This document shows positions 1-9,458 of a stretch of DNA of 64,000 nt, piece by piece. Origin of the DNA: Chitinophagaceae bacterium (GTDB lineage Bacteria > Bacteroidota > Bacteroidia > Chitinophagales > Chitinophagaceae); NCBI GenBank assembly GCA_031360765.1, contig JANMBZ010000023.1, positions 15,016-79,015 of the forward strand, given 5' to 3'. Position 1 is the stretch's first letter, and the number at the start of each line of letters is the position of its first letter. Under the pieces are notes generated by a model that was given only the letters and a program-made list of their open reading frames with translations, did no database searches and had not been told where the DNA came from. A program made the position numbers and the translations under genes.

Positions 1-227
1 AAATATACAACTTGTTGATTATCAATTGAATGTATTTTTTCTGTACAGGTCATATTATAGCATATAGCGGACAGCTTTTCAAGTGAATGGATGATTTCCA
101 GGGCTTGCTGTTCGGTATAATCTTCGCAGCCTGGAAAGGTTTTTAGCAATTCCGGTGTAAGCGGTTTTTCTTCCGGGTTGATGTTATCAAAATTGTCAGG
201 ATTAATAATTTGGTTTACTGTTTTCAT
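1..227 (-). CDS. Small hypothetical protein running off the left edge (MKTVNQIINPDNFDNINPEEKPLTPELLKTFPGCEDYTEQQALEIIHSLEKLSAICY...)
   Basis: Hand-translated, ATG at 227-225, no stop before position 1; absent from the ORF track. Resembles small proteins I recall preceding Bacteroidota recombinase genes (unverified). Confidence 0.7.
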   Translation of the reverse strand, partial: MKTVNQIINPDNFDNINPEEKPLTPELLKTFPGCEDYTEQQALEIIHSLEKLSAICYNMTCTEKIHSIDNQQVVY

Positions 228-245
228 ATTGTTGGATTAATTTTT

Positions 246-282
246 AAAAAGAAAAATCCGGTTATAGAGGATTAACCGGATT
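246..282 (-). terminator. Intrinsic terminator of the minus-strand operon
   Basis: 10-bp stem AATCCGGTTA (255-264) / TAACCGGATT (273-282) followed on the minus strand by a T-rich run, just after the ATPase stop at 305. Confidence 0.75.
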
Positions 283-304
283 ATTAAAAATTTAGATTTT
301 AAGT

Positions 305-1789
305 TTAGAATATCTCCATCTCTCCGCCCTGGTTAAACCTTCCCATCTGCACAGCTTTACCTTTTTCCGGCACTTCAATCACCACATCAACATCATGCTG
401 GAAAGTATTTGCACCCCGGAAGGCTCCATCCTTAGTTGACTGGAAAATAAAAATGAAAGACTTTGTTGGGTTAAATGATTTCAGGCGGTTGAGGTCATCG
501 GGTGTAAGCCCCAGTTTGTTGACACTGTCCAAGAAAATAAAATCGTATGCAGATAAATCTTCTGGCAGCACCGATGCAACATACAGGTTAAGATGTTTTA
601 CATTCTTATCATTCAGTTTCATTTGCAAGGTGTAGTCCAAACCTTCTTCTTTGGCTACATACAAAACCTTTCCATGATTACGGGCCAGGTATCCGGCAAA
701 ATCAATACACAGATAAGATTTACCCATTTTAGGTTTACCAAATACCATTGCCGTAAAATTGGAGGATGGGTCGCCGATTAAATCGAGCCATTTACCTTTT
801 AACCCAATCGTATCAAACTGCAGGTTGGCAAAATCCATGCTGTTCATTACAGAAGGTTTTGCTGTTGGTTCTGTAAAATCAAAGCCATCCAATCCGCTTA
901 ATACGCCATTTAAACCATTCAGTTCTTTTTCTTCAATCCGCAAAACCTTTTCAGTTTTATTCTTTACGAAAGCAGAAAGATTCTCCCATACCTTATTCAG
1001 TACTGCTGCATAAGGGTCATTTTTACCGATATTCTTTTTCACCCTTACCGCTTTCTCCATCTGTGCCAGCAACTGTTTTGCTTTGTCTTTCATGCCGGGC
1101 TTGCCATTCAGGTTGATGTATTTTTTTATCAACTGCACAGAAGGATAAATTTTTTCGCCACCGGCCAATGCTTTAAATTCAGCATAGGTTTTTTCATTTA
1201 TTTCCATTTTCATTTTGGCTTTCATGGAATTAAATGTTTTGATAAGGCTGTCCTGGATATACTTTATTTGGTTGGCATAGGCAGATGTTTTGCGGATGCG
1301 TTTTTCCAGAATAGATTTTTGCAGCGCATTGATAAAGCGCAATATATCATCTTTGGCTTTTGTCTTTCCGTGCAAACCGATAAAGCGTTTGATATACCTT
1401 ATTTCTTCGGGCATCCTTTCAACCAGGCTACCTTCATATCCGGGCTTTTCTTTTGCTGGCTTTTTACCATTTGCTTTTCTGCTGCCATCCGGGTTTACGA
1501 TACCCTGTTTAATCATGGCCTGTTTCATTATTTCAGCATTTGATTGCTGCTGTATTTTTTTGCTATGCTGCTTTACATCTGCCTTGTTATTATTTGCAAC
1601 AAACTCATTCAGTTTGGCAAAGTACATATCCATTACTTTTTTTACTGTTTCACTGCCGTGGTAGGCTTCCCAGCTTGTTCCATTGCTTGTCGCTTTGTTT
1701 ACATACTCATGCCCTTTCTTTAAAGCATCGGGCAGGTTATAAAAATCAATGCTTTTTACTTTTTCGTAATAGTTGTTGTAGTTAATCAT
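305..1789 (-). CDS. Unknown basic N-terminal region fused to a C-terminal RadA/Sms-like (RecA-fold) P-loop ATPase
   Basis: Walker A GKPKMGKS, LYVAKEEG, Walker B FIFLDS, FQHDVDVVI, GRF parallel Sms motifs; no zinc finger or Lon domain. Confidence 0.75.
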   Translation of the reverse strand: MINYNNYYEKVKSIDFYNLPDALKKGHEYVNKATSNGTSWEAYHGSETVKKVMDMYFAKLNEFVANNNKADVKQHSKKIQQQSNAEIMKQAMIKQGIVNPDGSRKANGKKPAKEKPGYEGSLVERMPEEIRYIKRFIGLHGKTKAKDDILRFINALQKSILEKRIRKTSAYANQIKYIQDSLIKTFNSMKAKMKMEINEKTYAEFKALAGGEKIYPSVQLIKKYINLNGKPGMKDKAKQLLAQMEKAVRVKKNIGKNDPYAAVLNKVWENLSAFVKNKTEKVLRIEEKELNGLNGVLSGLDGFDFTEPTAKPSVMNSMDFANLQFDTIGLKGKWLDLIGDPSSNFTAMVFGKPKMGKSYLCIDFAGYLARNHGKVLYVAKEEGLDYTLQMKLNDKNVKHLNLYVASVLPEDLSAYDFIFLDSVNKLGLTPDDLNRLKSFNPTKSFIFIFQSTKDGAFRGANTFQHDVDVVIEVPEKGKAVQMGRFNQGGEMEIF

Positions 1790-1809
1790 AGTTATTCTTT
1801 TATTCCCTT

Positions 1810-1831
1810 CCCTTCGACAAGCTCAGGACGG
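1810..1831. repeat. REP-like intergenic element CCCTTCGACAAGCTCAGGAC
   Basis: Resembles a CTTCGACAAGCTCAG repeat I recall from Bacteroidota; single copy in the window. Confidence 0.45.
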
Positions 1832-1841
1832 TTAGGGGCGT

Positions 1842-4800
1842 TTATGCTGCTAATAATTCAAGTTCTAATTCGAGTGCTTCGGCTTCTAATTCTAAGTAGC
1901 GGATGTTATCGGGTATTGCATCATCTTCTTCCGGCGGCAGTTCTATTTTTTTGCGATTGCTGTGTTTGTTCGGGTTGTCTTTTATATCTTTTAACTGGTG
2001 AGTGGTTAATGTAACACTGCAACTGTGGTTATTCTGCAAAATGGCAACAGCCTTGTTGATATTGCTTTCATGCAGCTTCGCCACCATCTTATCAGACACC
2101 TTTTCAAAATTGTTGTTTTCCACCAGTTCTAATAATCCTTTGTCCAAATAAATATCACCACCCCGTTGCCGTGAAGCTGCAACAATGATTTTAAAATATC
2201 CGCCCTGTTTAATAAAGCCAATACCGTTATTGGTATTGATATTATGCCCATTCACCATTGATTTTATAATAGGAAGAGCCTTGCTGATAGGCACTACCAC
2301 TTTATCCTGTACCTGTTCATTGGGTGTCCAGTTATCAGGCATCAGTATGCCTTTTTTTGTTTTGCCATCAATGGTGGTATAGCTTACCAGCTTGCCTTTA
2401 AAATCACTGAACGCCTGCAATAAATTTCCGGTAATAATATGCCTGGTCTTTCTGTCTGCGTTTGTGGCTTTGACATAATCTTCCCATTGGTTCAATAATT
2501 TTTCTTTGTCAGGTTGCAGCATTTCTGTACTGGCTCCGATTATGCTCATAATATCTTCCGAATAAGATGCAGGGATGGCTATATATTTATTGCTGTTGGC
2601 AATGGCAAAGCGTAACTTGATGGCAGAAGGTGCAAAAGGATTTTTCTTTTTCTTATCTATTACAAAGCCTAAGAAAACAGAAGGCACCAATTCATTGCCG
2701 CCGAGATAAGTTTCTTCGGGATAGTTTACCAGTTTGCCCACATGGAATGCCTTAAAAATTCTTTGCAGGTATTGTTTTCGGTTATCAGCAGTCCTTCGCA
2801 GATTTTGTAATTGAAATTCTTTGGCAGCAATCAATTCCTTTTCCCGTTCTTTGATTGCATGTGTCCATTCTGCTGAACCGGGTTGCATTTTTTTAATTTT
2901 CTTTTCATTGGGTATTTCTCGTATCAGTATATCATATTTTGTATCAATACCAGCTTTATCTTCTTCTAATTTCTCCAGCACATTTTTTTCATAACCCGTT
3001 AGCAAATCGCTTTGTTGTGTCAGTGCATCATTATTGGGATTGGATTCCCGAAGAAGATTATCCAACTCTACTCTGCTAAAAGGTTTTTTAAGCACATTGG
3101 CTTTTACTGTTTCCAGCACACTATCATCGCCAAAAGAACTGTCGCCGCCTTTACCCATTTTGATGATTCGGGCGTGGGTGGTTTCTGCATCCAGGTTGAT
3201 TGCTTCCACTTCCAAATCGTATTCATCCACCTGCTTTAAATATTCTACATAATCATTATAGCGGTCGGCAATCTCTGTATAAAAGTCCTGCTGCATTTTG
3301 GTGGATAATACTGCTACACGACCAGATACCCGGTGTGCAGCATCTTCGGCAGTTTCTTTTGTATCGTCTGTGCTATCCGATTTGGAGGCTTTCAGTTTTA
3401 AAGGGTCGTCTAACAAATCATTTACTTCGGGGTTCTCTATCAAATATTCTTTCACTTGCTTGTCGCCATACTTGTTTAAAAAGTCTGGTACATCTAAAAT
3501 CTTGGTGGATTGTTTTTGGTTCGATGTTGTGTTGGCATCTAATGATTTTAATTTCTTCTGCAACATCATCATCAATCTTTTTTCAGCAGGTATGGCGGAT
3601 GTTACATAATCATAAATAGGTTTTATGATTTGTCCCGTTCTATTTATACGTCCCCGCTTTTGTACTTCGGTATTGATGTCCAGTTCAGCCTGCAGAACAA
3701 TCATTACTCTTTGCTTTACCTCATTGGCTGGTACTTTTGGAGTAACGATTGCATGCGCTGATGCGCCGGTGCTGCCTGATTGGTTTATCATCAACACATC
3801 CACTTTATTGTTATTGAACTGGCGAAACGCATCATTAGTATTGATGCGTTTTCGGGAAAGTAATAAACCCTTGTTTGTTTTGGTATTGATTTGCAGTTCA
3901 TATTTTCTACCTGTTACTTCTGCAACGGTATAACCTGCATCCTGAATCTTTTTAACAACTATATCAATCGGTGAAATAGTAATGCCTGTTGATACAGATT
4001 TGATGTTGTTGAGTATGCGGTAATATTCTGCCTGTGCATCGGGAGTAAAATCGCTGATGAGAAATTTTTTGTAAACAGCATTGCCATCCACATCTTTTTC
4101 TGTGTAACGCAATATGCCATCCAGTCCACGCCTCAACACTTCTGTAAAATCTGTATTGATGGTATCGCCATCACTCACAGCCATACCTTTTTCATTTTCC
4201 ATCTGCTCAATAAAACTGCCCATTGTAGATGCAAATGCTATTACTGGTTTCTTACCTTCTTTCAATCTTGCAATTGCCCTGTCTGCAACCGCTTCGGCTT
4301 TAATGCTGAACAACATTTGATTGATAACCTGGAACACTTTGGAGAAGTACGGCGTATTGTCAACCCCAGCCTGTGATGTACCTTCTCTCAATGTAACTTC
4401 TTTACCTTCCGCCACTGCAATCTTATCCAGTTCATCTATCTGGCTATCTACATGGTTGGTTTGAAAGGCAATAATATCACGAAGTATTTCAGTGATATTG
4501 TCTGCTATCGCCCTGTGTTCTTCGGCTTTGTTATCGATTGTTAAATAATTCACTTCAATGCCTTCAAAACTTCTTTCACGGCGAAGCATTTGCCCTTCTG
4601 CCACCAACTGTGAAGACAGAACTTCCTGCAATGCTACACCGCCTCTTGTAATGGCTTCTACCAAATCATCCTTCGTCATGTTAGCATCGCTGATAGCTGT
4701 TTTCATGGCGTAGATGGGCATGTTATCTGGCCGCTTGGCAAAAGTTGCTGATAAGAAAACAACACCTTTGGTATGAGCAACAACTCTTTGCAAAAATTCA

Positions 4801-7013
4801 CCTGTATTGGATGAGCCACTGCTGTTATGGGCTTCATCCATTATCATCATGTTGCCTTCTGCAATGCTCATTAAGAAAGATGGTTTCTCAGGTTTCCTTT
4901 CAGGTGAATTAAACTGTGAGTATGTACTTAAAACAAAATCGTATTGCGGTGGAAATTTCCTTTCCTTAAAAATTTTGTTTTGTTCTGTAGGAGGCAATGC
5001 CTGAAAAAGAATTTCGCCATCTTCATCTTTGATGTCTGTTTTGCTTTCCCTTCCATTTACAATAAAGGGTCTGAAATGCCCGGAGCCGATGGCTATTAAA
5101 TCCCGGTAGATGTCGGAAAATAAATTTGCTTTTTCAGTTAAGAAAATTGGTTTCATTTTTTGCAATACACCGTAACGTATCATGGCTGCTGCAATACGGC
5201 CCTTACCAATGCCTGTCTGGTCGCCGATAATCATACCCTGTTCCCTGGCTTCAATATTGTAGATAGCCATTGCCACTGCATCAATCTGTTCAGCCGATAA
5301 AGCATTGTACATAGCTTGTTTCGATGAATACTGCAAGCGATGTTTTACAAACCTGTCAATATCGCCGCCCACATCATTTTTGATAAACTCCAAAGATTGC
5401 TGTGTTTCATAACTCATGCTGTCGGGTACTTGAGTATCTAATGACTTACTGGAAGATGAAGGCATGTAAGGCAAGCCCAATTCTTCGCCGAATAATGCAC
5501 TTAATGCTAATGCCTCTTTTTCTAAAGTGGTTAAATCTTTTTTCATTGGTTGTTCTTCTTTATAATCTGCCATTGCATCTGTAACCCTTTCAAATAAATC
5601 ATCAAAAGATTTTATGACAATATCTGTTTGGGCATTATACACCGGCGCATTGCCAACAGGTTTTTCTTTTCTTCCACTAATTAAAATCAACCTGACATTG
5701 AATGAAGTTCCCTGCCTTGAATACAATTTATGCCCATCAATCTGTATCACATCAACAACATGGTAACGGCTATACAGATAATTAAAGAAGATCCTGTTTT
5801 TGCCAGCCTGTATCCTGCCACGTTCATCCCAATTGGTATGCCCACCAATGATGATAGCTGCTTTACCGTCATTTGCCATACAATCCAAAGCCCTCAAAGC
5901 CATTAGATGATCGAGTGTATTGATGGGGAAACTATCGTACATCACTTTTGTATTCAATGTACCAAACGGCGGATTGGTCATTACTGCATTGAAGTTTCTT
6001 TGCACATCCATGAAAGCATTGGTAGCATCTCTTTGCCAAACATTTGCGAAGCCTTGTGTACACAAATTACTATTGCGTACTTTATCCAGTTCATTTACAT
6101 AAACATATTTTGGATTGGCTGCAATGGTAAGTAAACCATTACCGGCAGATGGTTCAAAAGCATAGCCACCTTTTGTTTGCAGTTTATTTATTTCGCAAAA
6201 CATACCTATCAGATAACCGATAGGTGCAGGCGTTGAATATTGTTGCAGTAAAATACTTTGTGAAGTGCGGTGAGATAGGTTTACTTGTGAATGGTAAAGT
6301 TCAACGATGCTGTCAAACCTTTCTTTGATGCTGCCAGGCTGATGAGCCAAATGTCTTGCCCTGTTTACGATAGCAAGCTCCGTGAGTTCCTTTACTTCGT
6401 TCTTGTCATTGATGCTAAAACTGGCGGCTAATTTTTCAACGGATATTTTGTTGTGTGATTTTTTGCTGATTAAATTCTGTTCAATGGCGGCAACAAAATT
6501 TTGTTCCCTTTTATCAAAACCTTCCAACCCTAACATGCCATCATCTGCAAAAGAATAGTAATCATCAGCCGTTACTATTATATGGTCAATCAAACTTACA
6601 TCCATCATGGCTGCACTCTCTTTAATCTTTGCAGTCAACTGTTCATCTGGCCTTGATGGTCTTAAATTGCCGGATGGGTGGTTATGTGCTATCACCATTG
6701 ACACCGCCAGACTTTTTAATGCGGTAGCCAGAATGATCCTTATATCTGCAACCGTGGCATTGATGGAACCTTTGGAATGTTTGTAGTAACCAATGATATT
6801 GTTTGATTGGCTTAAATACAGAACGATAAACTGTTCCTGCAATTCCACTTCACCTTTTTGAAAAGTGTTACGAATAAAATCAGCAGCATCTTTTGATGTG
6901 CTGATTTTTCCAAAGTCTTTTCTGTTACTCCTGGTATAAGATAACTGCAGTTCAGGCACATCAATTTCGGGGATATTACCCAGAACAATTTCAGAGGTTT
7001 CAGCGTATTTCAT
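1842..7013 (-). CDS. Polyvalent protein: RadC/JAB domain + N6-adenine DNA methyltransferase + strawberry-notch-like SF2 helicase (DarB-like architecture)
   Basis: AHNHPSG...DHIIV (JAB); FEPSAGNG and TNPPF (MTase motifs I and IV); GDQTGIGKGR, MDEAH, SAT, QKRGRINR (helicase). Confidence 0.9.
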   Translation of the reverse strand: MKYAETSEIVLGNIPEIDVPELQLSYTRSNRKDFGKISTSKDAADFIRNTFQKGEVELQEQFIVLYLSQSNNIIGYYKHSKGSINATVADIRIILATALKSLAVSMVIAHNHPSGNLRPSRPDEQLTAKIKESAAMMDVSLIDHIIVTADDYYSFADDGMLGLEGFDKREQNFVAAIEQNLISKKSHNKISVEKLAASFSINDKNEVKELTELAIVNRARHLAHQPGSIKERFDSIVELYHSQVNLSHRTSQSILLQQYSTPAPIGYLIGMFCEINKLQTKGGYAFEPSAGNGLLTIAANPKYVYVNELDKVRNSNLCTQGFANVWQRDATNAFMDVQRNFNAVMTNPPFGTLNTKVMYDSFPINTLDHLMALRALDCMANDGKAAIIIGGHTNWDERGRIQAGKNRIFFNYLYSRYHVVDVIQIDGHKLYSRQGTSFNVRLILISGRKEKPVGNAPVYNAQTDIVIKSFDDLFERVTDAMADYKEEQPMKKDLTTLEKEALALSALFGEELGLPYMPSSSSKSLDTQVPDSMSYETQQSLEFIKNDVGGDIDRFVKHRLQYSSKQAMYNALSAEQIDAVAMAIYNIEAREQGMIIGDQTGIGKGRIAAAMIRYGVLQKMKPIFLTEKANLFSDIYRDLIAIGSGHFRPFIVNGRESKTDIKDEDGEILFQALPPTEQNKIFKERKFPPQYDFVLSTYSQFNSPERKPEKPSFLMSIAEGNMMIMDEAHNSSGSSNTGEFLQRVVAHTKGVVFLSATFAKRPDNMPIYAMKTAISDANMTKDDLVEAITRGGVALQEVLSSQLVAEGQMLRRERSFEGIEVNYLTIDNKAEEHRAIADNITEILRDIIAFQTNHVDSQIDELDKIAVAEGKEVTLREGTSQAGVDNTPYFSKVFQVINQMLFSIKAEAVADRAIARLKEGKKPVIAFASTMGSFIEQMENEKGMAVSDGDTINTDFTEVLRRGLDGILRYTEKDVDGNAVYKKFLISDFTPDAQAEYYRILNNIKSVSTGITISPIDIVVKKIQDAGYTVAEVTGRKYELQINTKTNKGLLLSRKRINTNDAFRQFNNNKVDVLMINQSGSTGASAHAIVTPKVPANEVKQRVMIVLQAELDINTEVQKRGRINRTGQIIKPIYDYVTSAIPAEKRLMMMLQKKLKSLDANTTSNQKQSTKILDVPDFLNKYGDKQVKEYLIENPEVNDLLDDPLKLKASKSDSTDDTKETAEDAAHRVSGRVAVLSTKMQQDFYTEIADRYNDYVEYLKQVDEYDLEVEAINLDAETTHARIIKMGKGGDSSFGDDSVLETVKANVLKKPFSRVELDNLLRESNPNNDALTQQSDLLTGYEKNVLEKLEEDKAGIDTKYDILIREIPNEKKIKKMQPGSAEWTHAIKEREKELIAAKEFQLQNLRRTADNRKQYLQRIFKAFHVGKLVNYPEETYLGGNELVPSVFLGFVIDKKKKNPFAPSAIKLRFAIANSNKYIAIPASYSEDIMSIIGASTEMLQPDKEKLLNQWEDYVKATNADRKTRHIITGNLLQAFSDFKGKLVSYTTIDGKTKKGILMPDNWTPNEQVQDKVVVPISKALPIIKSMVNGHNINTNNGIGFIKQGGYFKIIVAASRQRGGDIYLDKGLLELVENNNFEKVSDKMVAKLHESNINKAVAILQNNHSCSVTLTTHQLKDIKDNPNKHSNRKKIELPPEEDDAIPDNIRYLELEAEALELELELLAA

Positions 7014-7015
7014 CT

Positions 7016-7618
7016 TTATTCAGAGGTTAATCTTGTTGGTGAAGGATCTTTCGGCAGATAGTTTAGTTCGTATCTGTTTTCCCAGATATTGTCATACAAT
7101 TCATCACCATCTGCCCACTCGTAAATGGTAGCAGCTTTTTCCTTTGTTATTTTCTGAATGGCCCACACAGCATCTGATACAATTGTACCGGCAACGACAA
7201 AGCCGTTGTAAACCACATCGGGATTTGATTCATCAATTCTTACAGGTACTCTTATACCAGTGCCAATAATTCTAATTGAGCCTACCAATTTTTTAATATC
7301 AAGCAATACTGTAAGAATATTGTTCAACACTGCAATTTCAATATCCTGTTTATTTTCTGTTGCACCGCCGCCAATATTACTTTTCAACATTCCATTCAGC
7401 AAATCCCTCAACTCGTTTACATCAAGTATCCCTTCAGGAACAGATACCTCCGCATACTTCAAATAAATATTTTTTAATGCGCCTTCGCCAATATTAATCC
7501 GCACTACATCGTTGCGGATCGTGTCAATGGTTTTAACCTGGAGCTTGCTTACCAATATCACATTGCCATTGTTTACAATCCGCAGCGAAGCGCCATCATT
7601 ATAAATTTCAGTTGCCAT
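7016..7618 (-). CDS. Putative virion structural/spike protein
   Basis: Beta-rich N-terminus, helical linker, C-terminal AVWAIQKI...WADGD...WENR-x-x-L-x-Y segment reminiscent of phage proteins; coupled to neighbours. Confidence 0.45.
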   Translation of the reverse strand: MATEIYNDGASLRIVNNGNVILVSKLQVKTIDTIRNDVVRINIGEGALKNIYLKYAEVSVPEGILDVNELRDLLNGMLKSNIGGGATENKQDIEIAVLNNILTVLLDIKKLVGSIRIIGTGIRVPVRIDESNPDVVYNGFVVAGTIVSDAVWAIQKITKEKAATIYEWADGDELYDNIWENRYELNYLPKDPSPTRLTSE

Positions 7619-7638
7619 TATTTGAGCGTTTGATTATC

Positions 7639-7806
7639 TTATTTGTTCTTCTTTATGCCTTCGGCGATAGTCTCCCCGATAATTGAACCGAGAAAACCTC
7701 CTATCATTACAAAAGGCACAGCATCTTTATCTGCCTCTTTTGCATATAAGTATGATAAGAGCGAAGTAATTAAGGTAGCAGTGGCTACGATGCCTTTTTC
7801 TTTCAT
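7639..7806 (-). CDS. 55-aa two-TM membrane protein (MKEKGIVATATLITSLLSYLYAKEADKDAVPFVMIGGFLGSIIGETIAEGIKKNK)
   Basis: Hand-translated, below the ORF-track cutoff; fills the operon gap; two hydrophobic segments. Confidence 0.75.
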   Translation of the reverse strand: MKEKGIVATATLITSLLSYLYAKEADKDAVPFVMIGGFLGSIIGETIAEGIKKNK

Positions 7807-7824
7807 GCCTGTTTTAAAATTTGG

Positions 7825-8484
7825 TTAGTGAATTAATTGTTTGGCAGCAAGCCCGGATATAATCAGCAAGCCGATTGACTTTAATTTGCTGACAAAGCGT
7901 TGCCGTTTAAATTTCTTTTTGTAAAACTTTGTTTCTTTTTCTAAAACCAGTTGCTGTGCAAGACTTTGATTAAGCGTTTCCTTCAAAGACTGGTACTGCG
8001 AATACTTTAGCACAATAGCTGAATCTTTATTTTGTAGCTGACTGCTTAAATTAGCGATACTGATCTGACACAGACTGTCCTGTTGGTTTGAATAAACAAT
8101 CAACTGACTGACTTTTTCCTGTAAGGAATCACATCCTTCAATATAGCCGGCTGTATCATTATCTGCTTTATAAACCTGCTGCCTGTCAATCAATGTATAT
8201 ACCTGCGATTGAAGCTGGTTGTTCTTTATCCTCGCTTTTCCCAATACCGTTTGTGTTTCCTGTAACTTCTTATTGAGTTCATTATTTTTCTTTGTGATGG
8301 AATCTTCCTTTTGCTGGAAAAGGGTTTCGGTTTGCTGCATTTTCTTTTCCAGTTCGGAAGATTTGAAATCCTGGCTTACCACCGGAACATCATCGCCGGA
8401 ACAATCCCTGTGAAATAAATGGCAAAAGGAAAAGCCGATAACGGCACCGATTAAAAGGGTAATGATTGTTTTAAAGTTTTTCAT
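7825..8484 (-). CDS. Coiled-coil protein with N- and C-terminal hydrophobic segments, possibly spanin-like
   Basis: N-terminal TM, long Q/K/L-rich helix, C-terminal hydrophobic helix; follows holin-like gene. Confidence 0.5.
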   Translation of the reverse strand: MKNFKTIITLLIGAVIGFSFCHLFHRDCSGDDVPVVSQDFKSSELEKKMQQTETLFQQKEDSITKKNNELNKKLQETQTVLGKARIKNNQLQSQVYTLIDRQQVYKADNDTAGYIEGCDSLQEKVSQLIVYSNQQDSLCQISIANLSSQLQNKDSAIVLKYSQYQSLKETLNQSLAQQLVLEKETKFYKKKFKRQRFVSKLKSIGLLIISGLAAKQLIH

Positions 8485-8508
8485 TTTATAAATTTTAGAT
8501 GGTTATTG

Positions 8509-8757
8509 TTAAGGATTTTGTTCTCCCCCTTCGGGGGAGTTAGAGGGGGCCGTTTTCTTTTCAAGTGAGTAGCCAAAGCATCCTGCGCCAATCAAACTGG
8601 CAAAGGCATAAAACATAAATTCAGGTACAGCCTTGTTAAAAAACTGCTGTGCCACCCAGCTAATAATCAAGGCACCGATCAGTATTGCAATGGCAACTTC
8701 ACGCAGACTGTAACTGCCATCTTTGTCTTTAAATAATTCTGTTATAAATTTTTTCAT
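8509..8757 (-). CDS. Holin-like two-TM protein
   Basis: 82 aa, two TM helices, directly after two cell-wall enzyme genes. Confidence 0.55.
   Translation of the reverse strand: MKKFITELFKDKDGSYSLREVAIAILIGALIISWVAQQFFNKAVPEFMFYAFASLIGAGCFGYSLEKKTAPSNSPEGGEQNP
8523..8550. repeat. REP-like GC-rich palindrome CTCCCCCTTCGGGGGAGTTAGAGGGGGC inside the 3' end of the holin-like gene
   Basis: Hairpin CTCCCCC-TTC-GGGGGAG plus G-rich tail; related units near 10850, 11596, 14724, 14784, 62724. Confidence 0.6.
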
Positions 8758-8830
8758 GGGTAATCTTTTATAATTTCATAAGTAATAAGCCCCAAGGCTG
8801 CGGCAATACCCAACCCCACCAGATCAAACA

Positions 8831-9430
8831 CTAATTTTTTTTTGCTTCACGGATTAAAGCCCTCTCATCAATCAGTGTGTAGGTAAAATCATTACCGTAA
8901 AATTGTTTGTGGCGTTGTGCCAACTGCATGAACAAATTGAAGTCTTCAATATTTGCAAACACCTGGCAACCGGCGGAATACTTCTCTACAAACTTTGTTG
9001 TGCCGTTTACAGAAGCATGATGAATATTCACACCAAACATTCCGGTTTGTTCTTTGCCATTATTAAAATCCAGCACGGCATCACGGTTATAATCCCGTAT
9101 TACAGTCAATGGTCTTTTTTGTGTAAGAGCCAGATACCTACCCCGGTGCATACCAATGGCATGTGAGCCGATATACTGTCCGTGTTTTACAATGGCTGTT
9201 CCCTGTGGGTTCATCATGTTCTTCAACCAGAATGTACCAGGGTCGGTTGTTGCAGGGAACTGGTGAAACTGCCACTTACCATCATTTGTTTTGTAAAAGA
9301 TATTGATGGTATCATCAAAGCTGTTGGGTGTTGTGCTGTTGGCACGGATACCTATAATGTTCAATTCAAAGGGTCGGGAATACATGGTATAGCTTTTCGC
9401 TGCCAGTGTATTCTGGATAGTTAATAACAT
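8831..9430 (-). CDS. Endolysin-like protein with L,D-transpeptidase (YkuD)-like catalytic motif; -1 frame extension to 8754 adds a TM anchor
   Basis: GVNIH...SAGCQV His/Cys motif, ATTDPG; ends at an A9 run. Confidence 0.7.
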   Translation of the reverse strand: MLLTIQNTLAAKSYTMYSRPFELNIIGIRANSTTPNSFDDTINIFYKTNDGKWQFHQFPATTDPGTFWLKNMMNPQGTAIVKHGQYIGSHAIGMHRGRYLALTQKRPLTVIRDYNRDAVLDFNNGKEQTGMFGVNIHHASVNGTTKFVEKYSAGCQVFANIEDFNLFMQLAQRHKQFYGNDFTYTLIDERALIREAKKN

Positions 9431-9458
9431 AGGGTGGATTTATTAATAAATAATTTGA

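Noticed and set aside
305-1789. Housekeeping radA/sms
   Set aside because: Lacks the N-terminal zinc finger, full KNRFG motif and Lon-like domain; sits in a mobile operon
5580-6500. Restriction-modification system
   Set aside because: The MTase is an internal domain of a polyvalent protein and no nuclease or specificity subunit was seen
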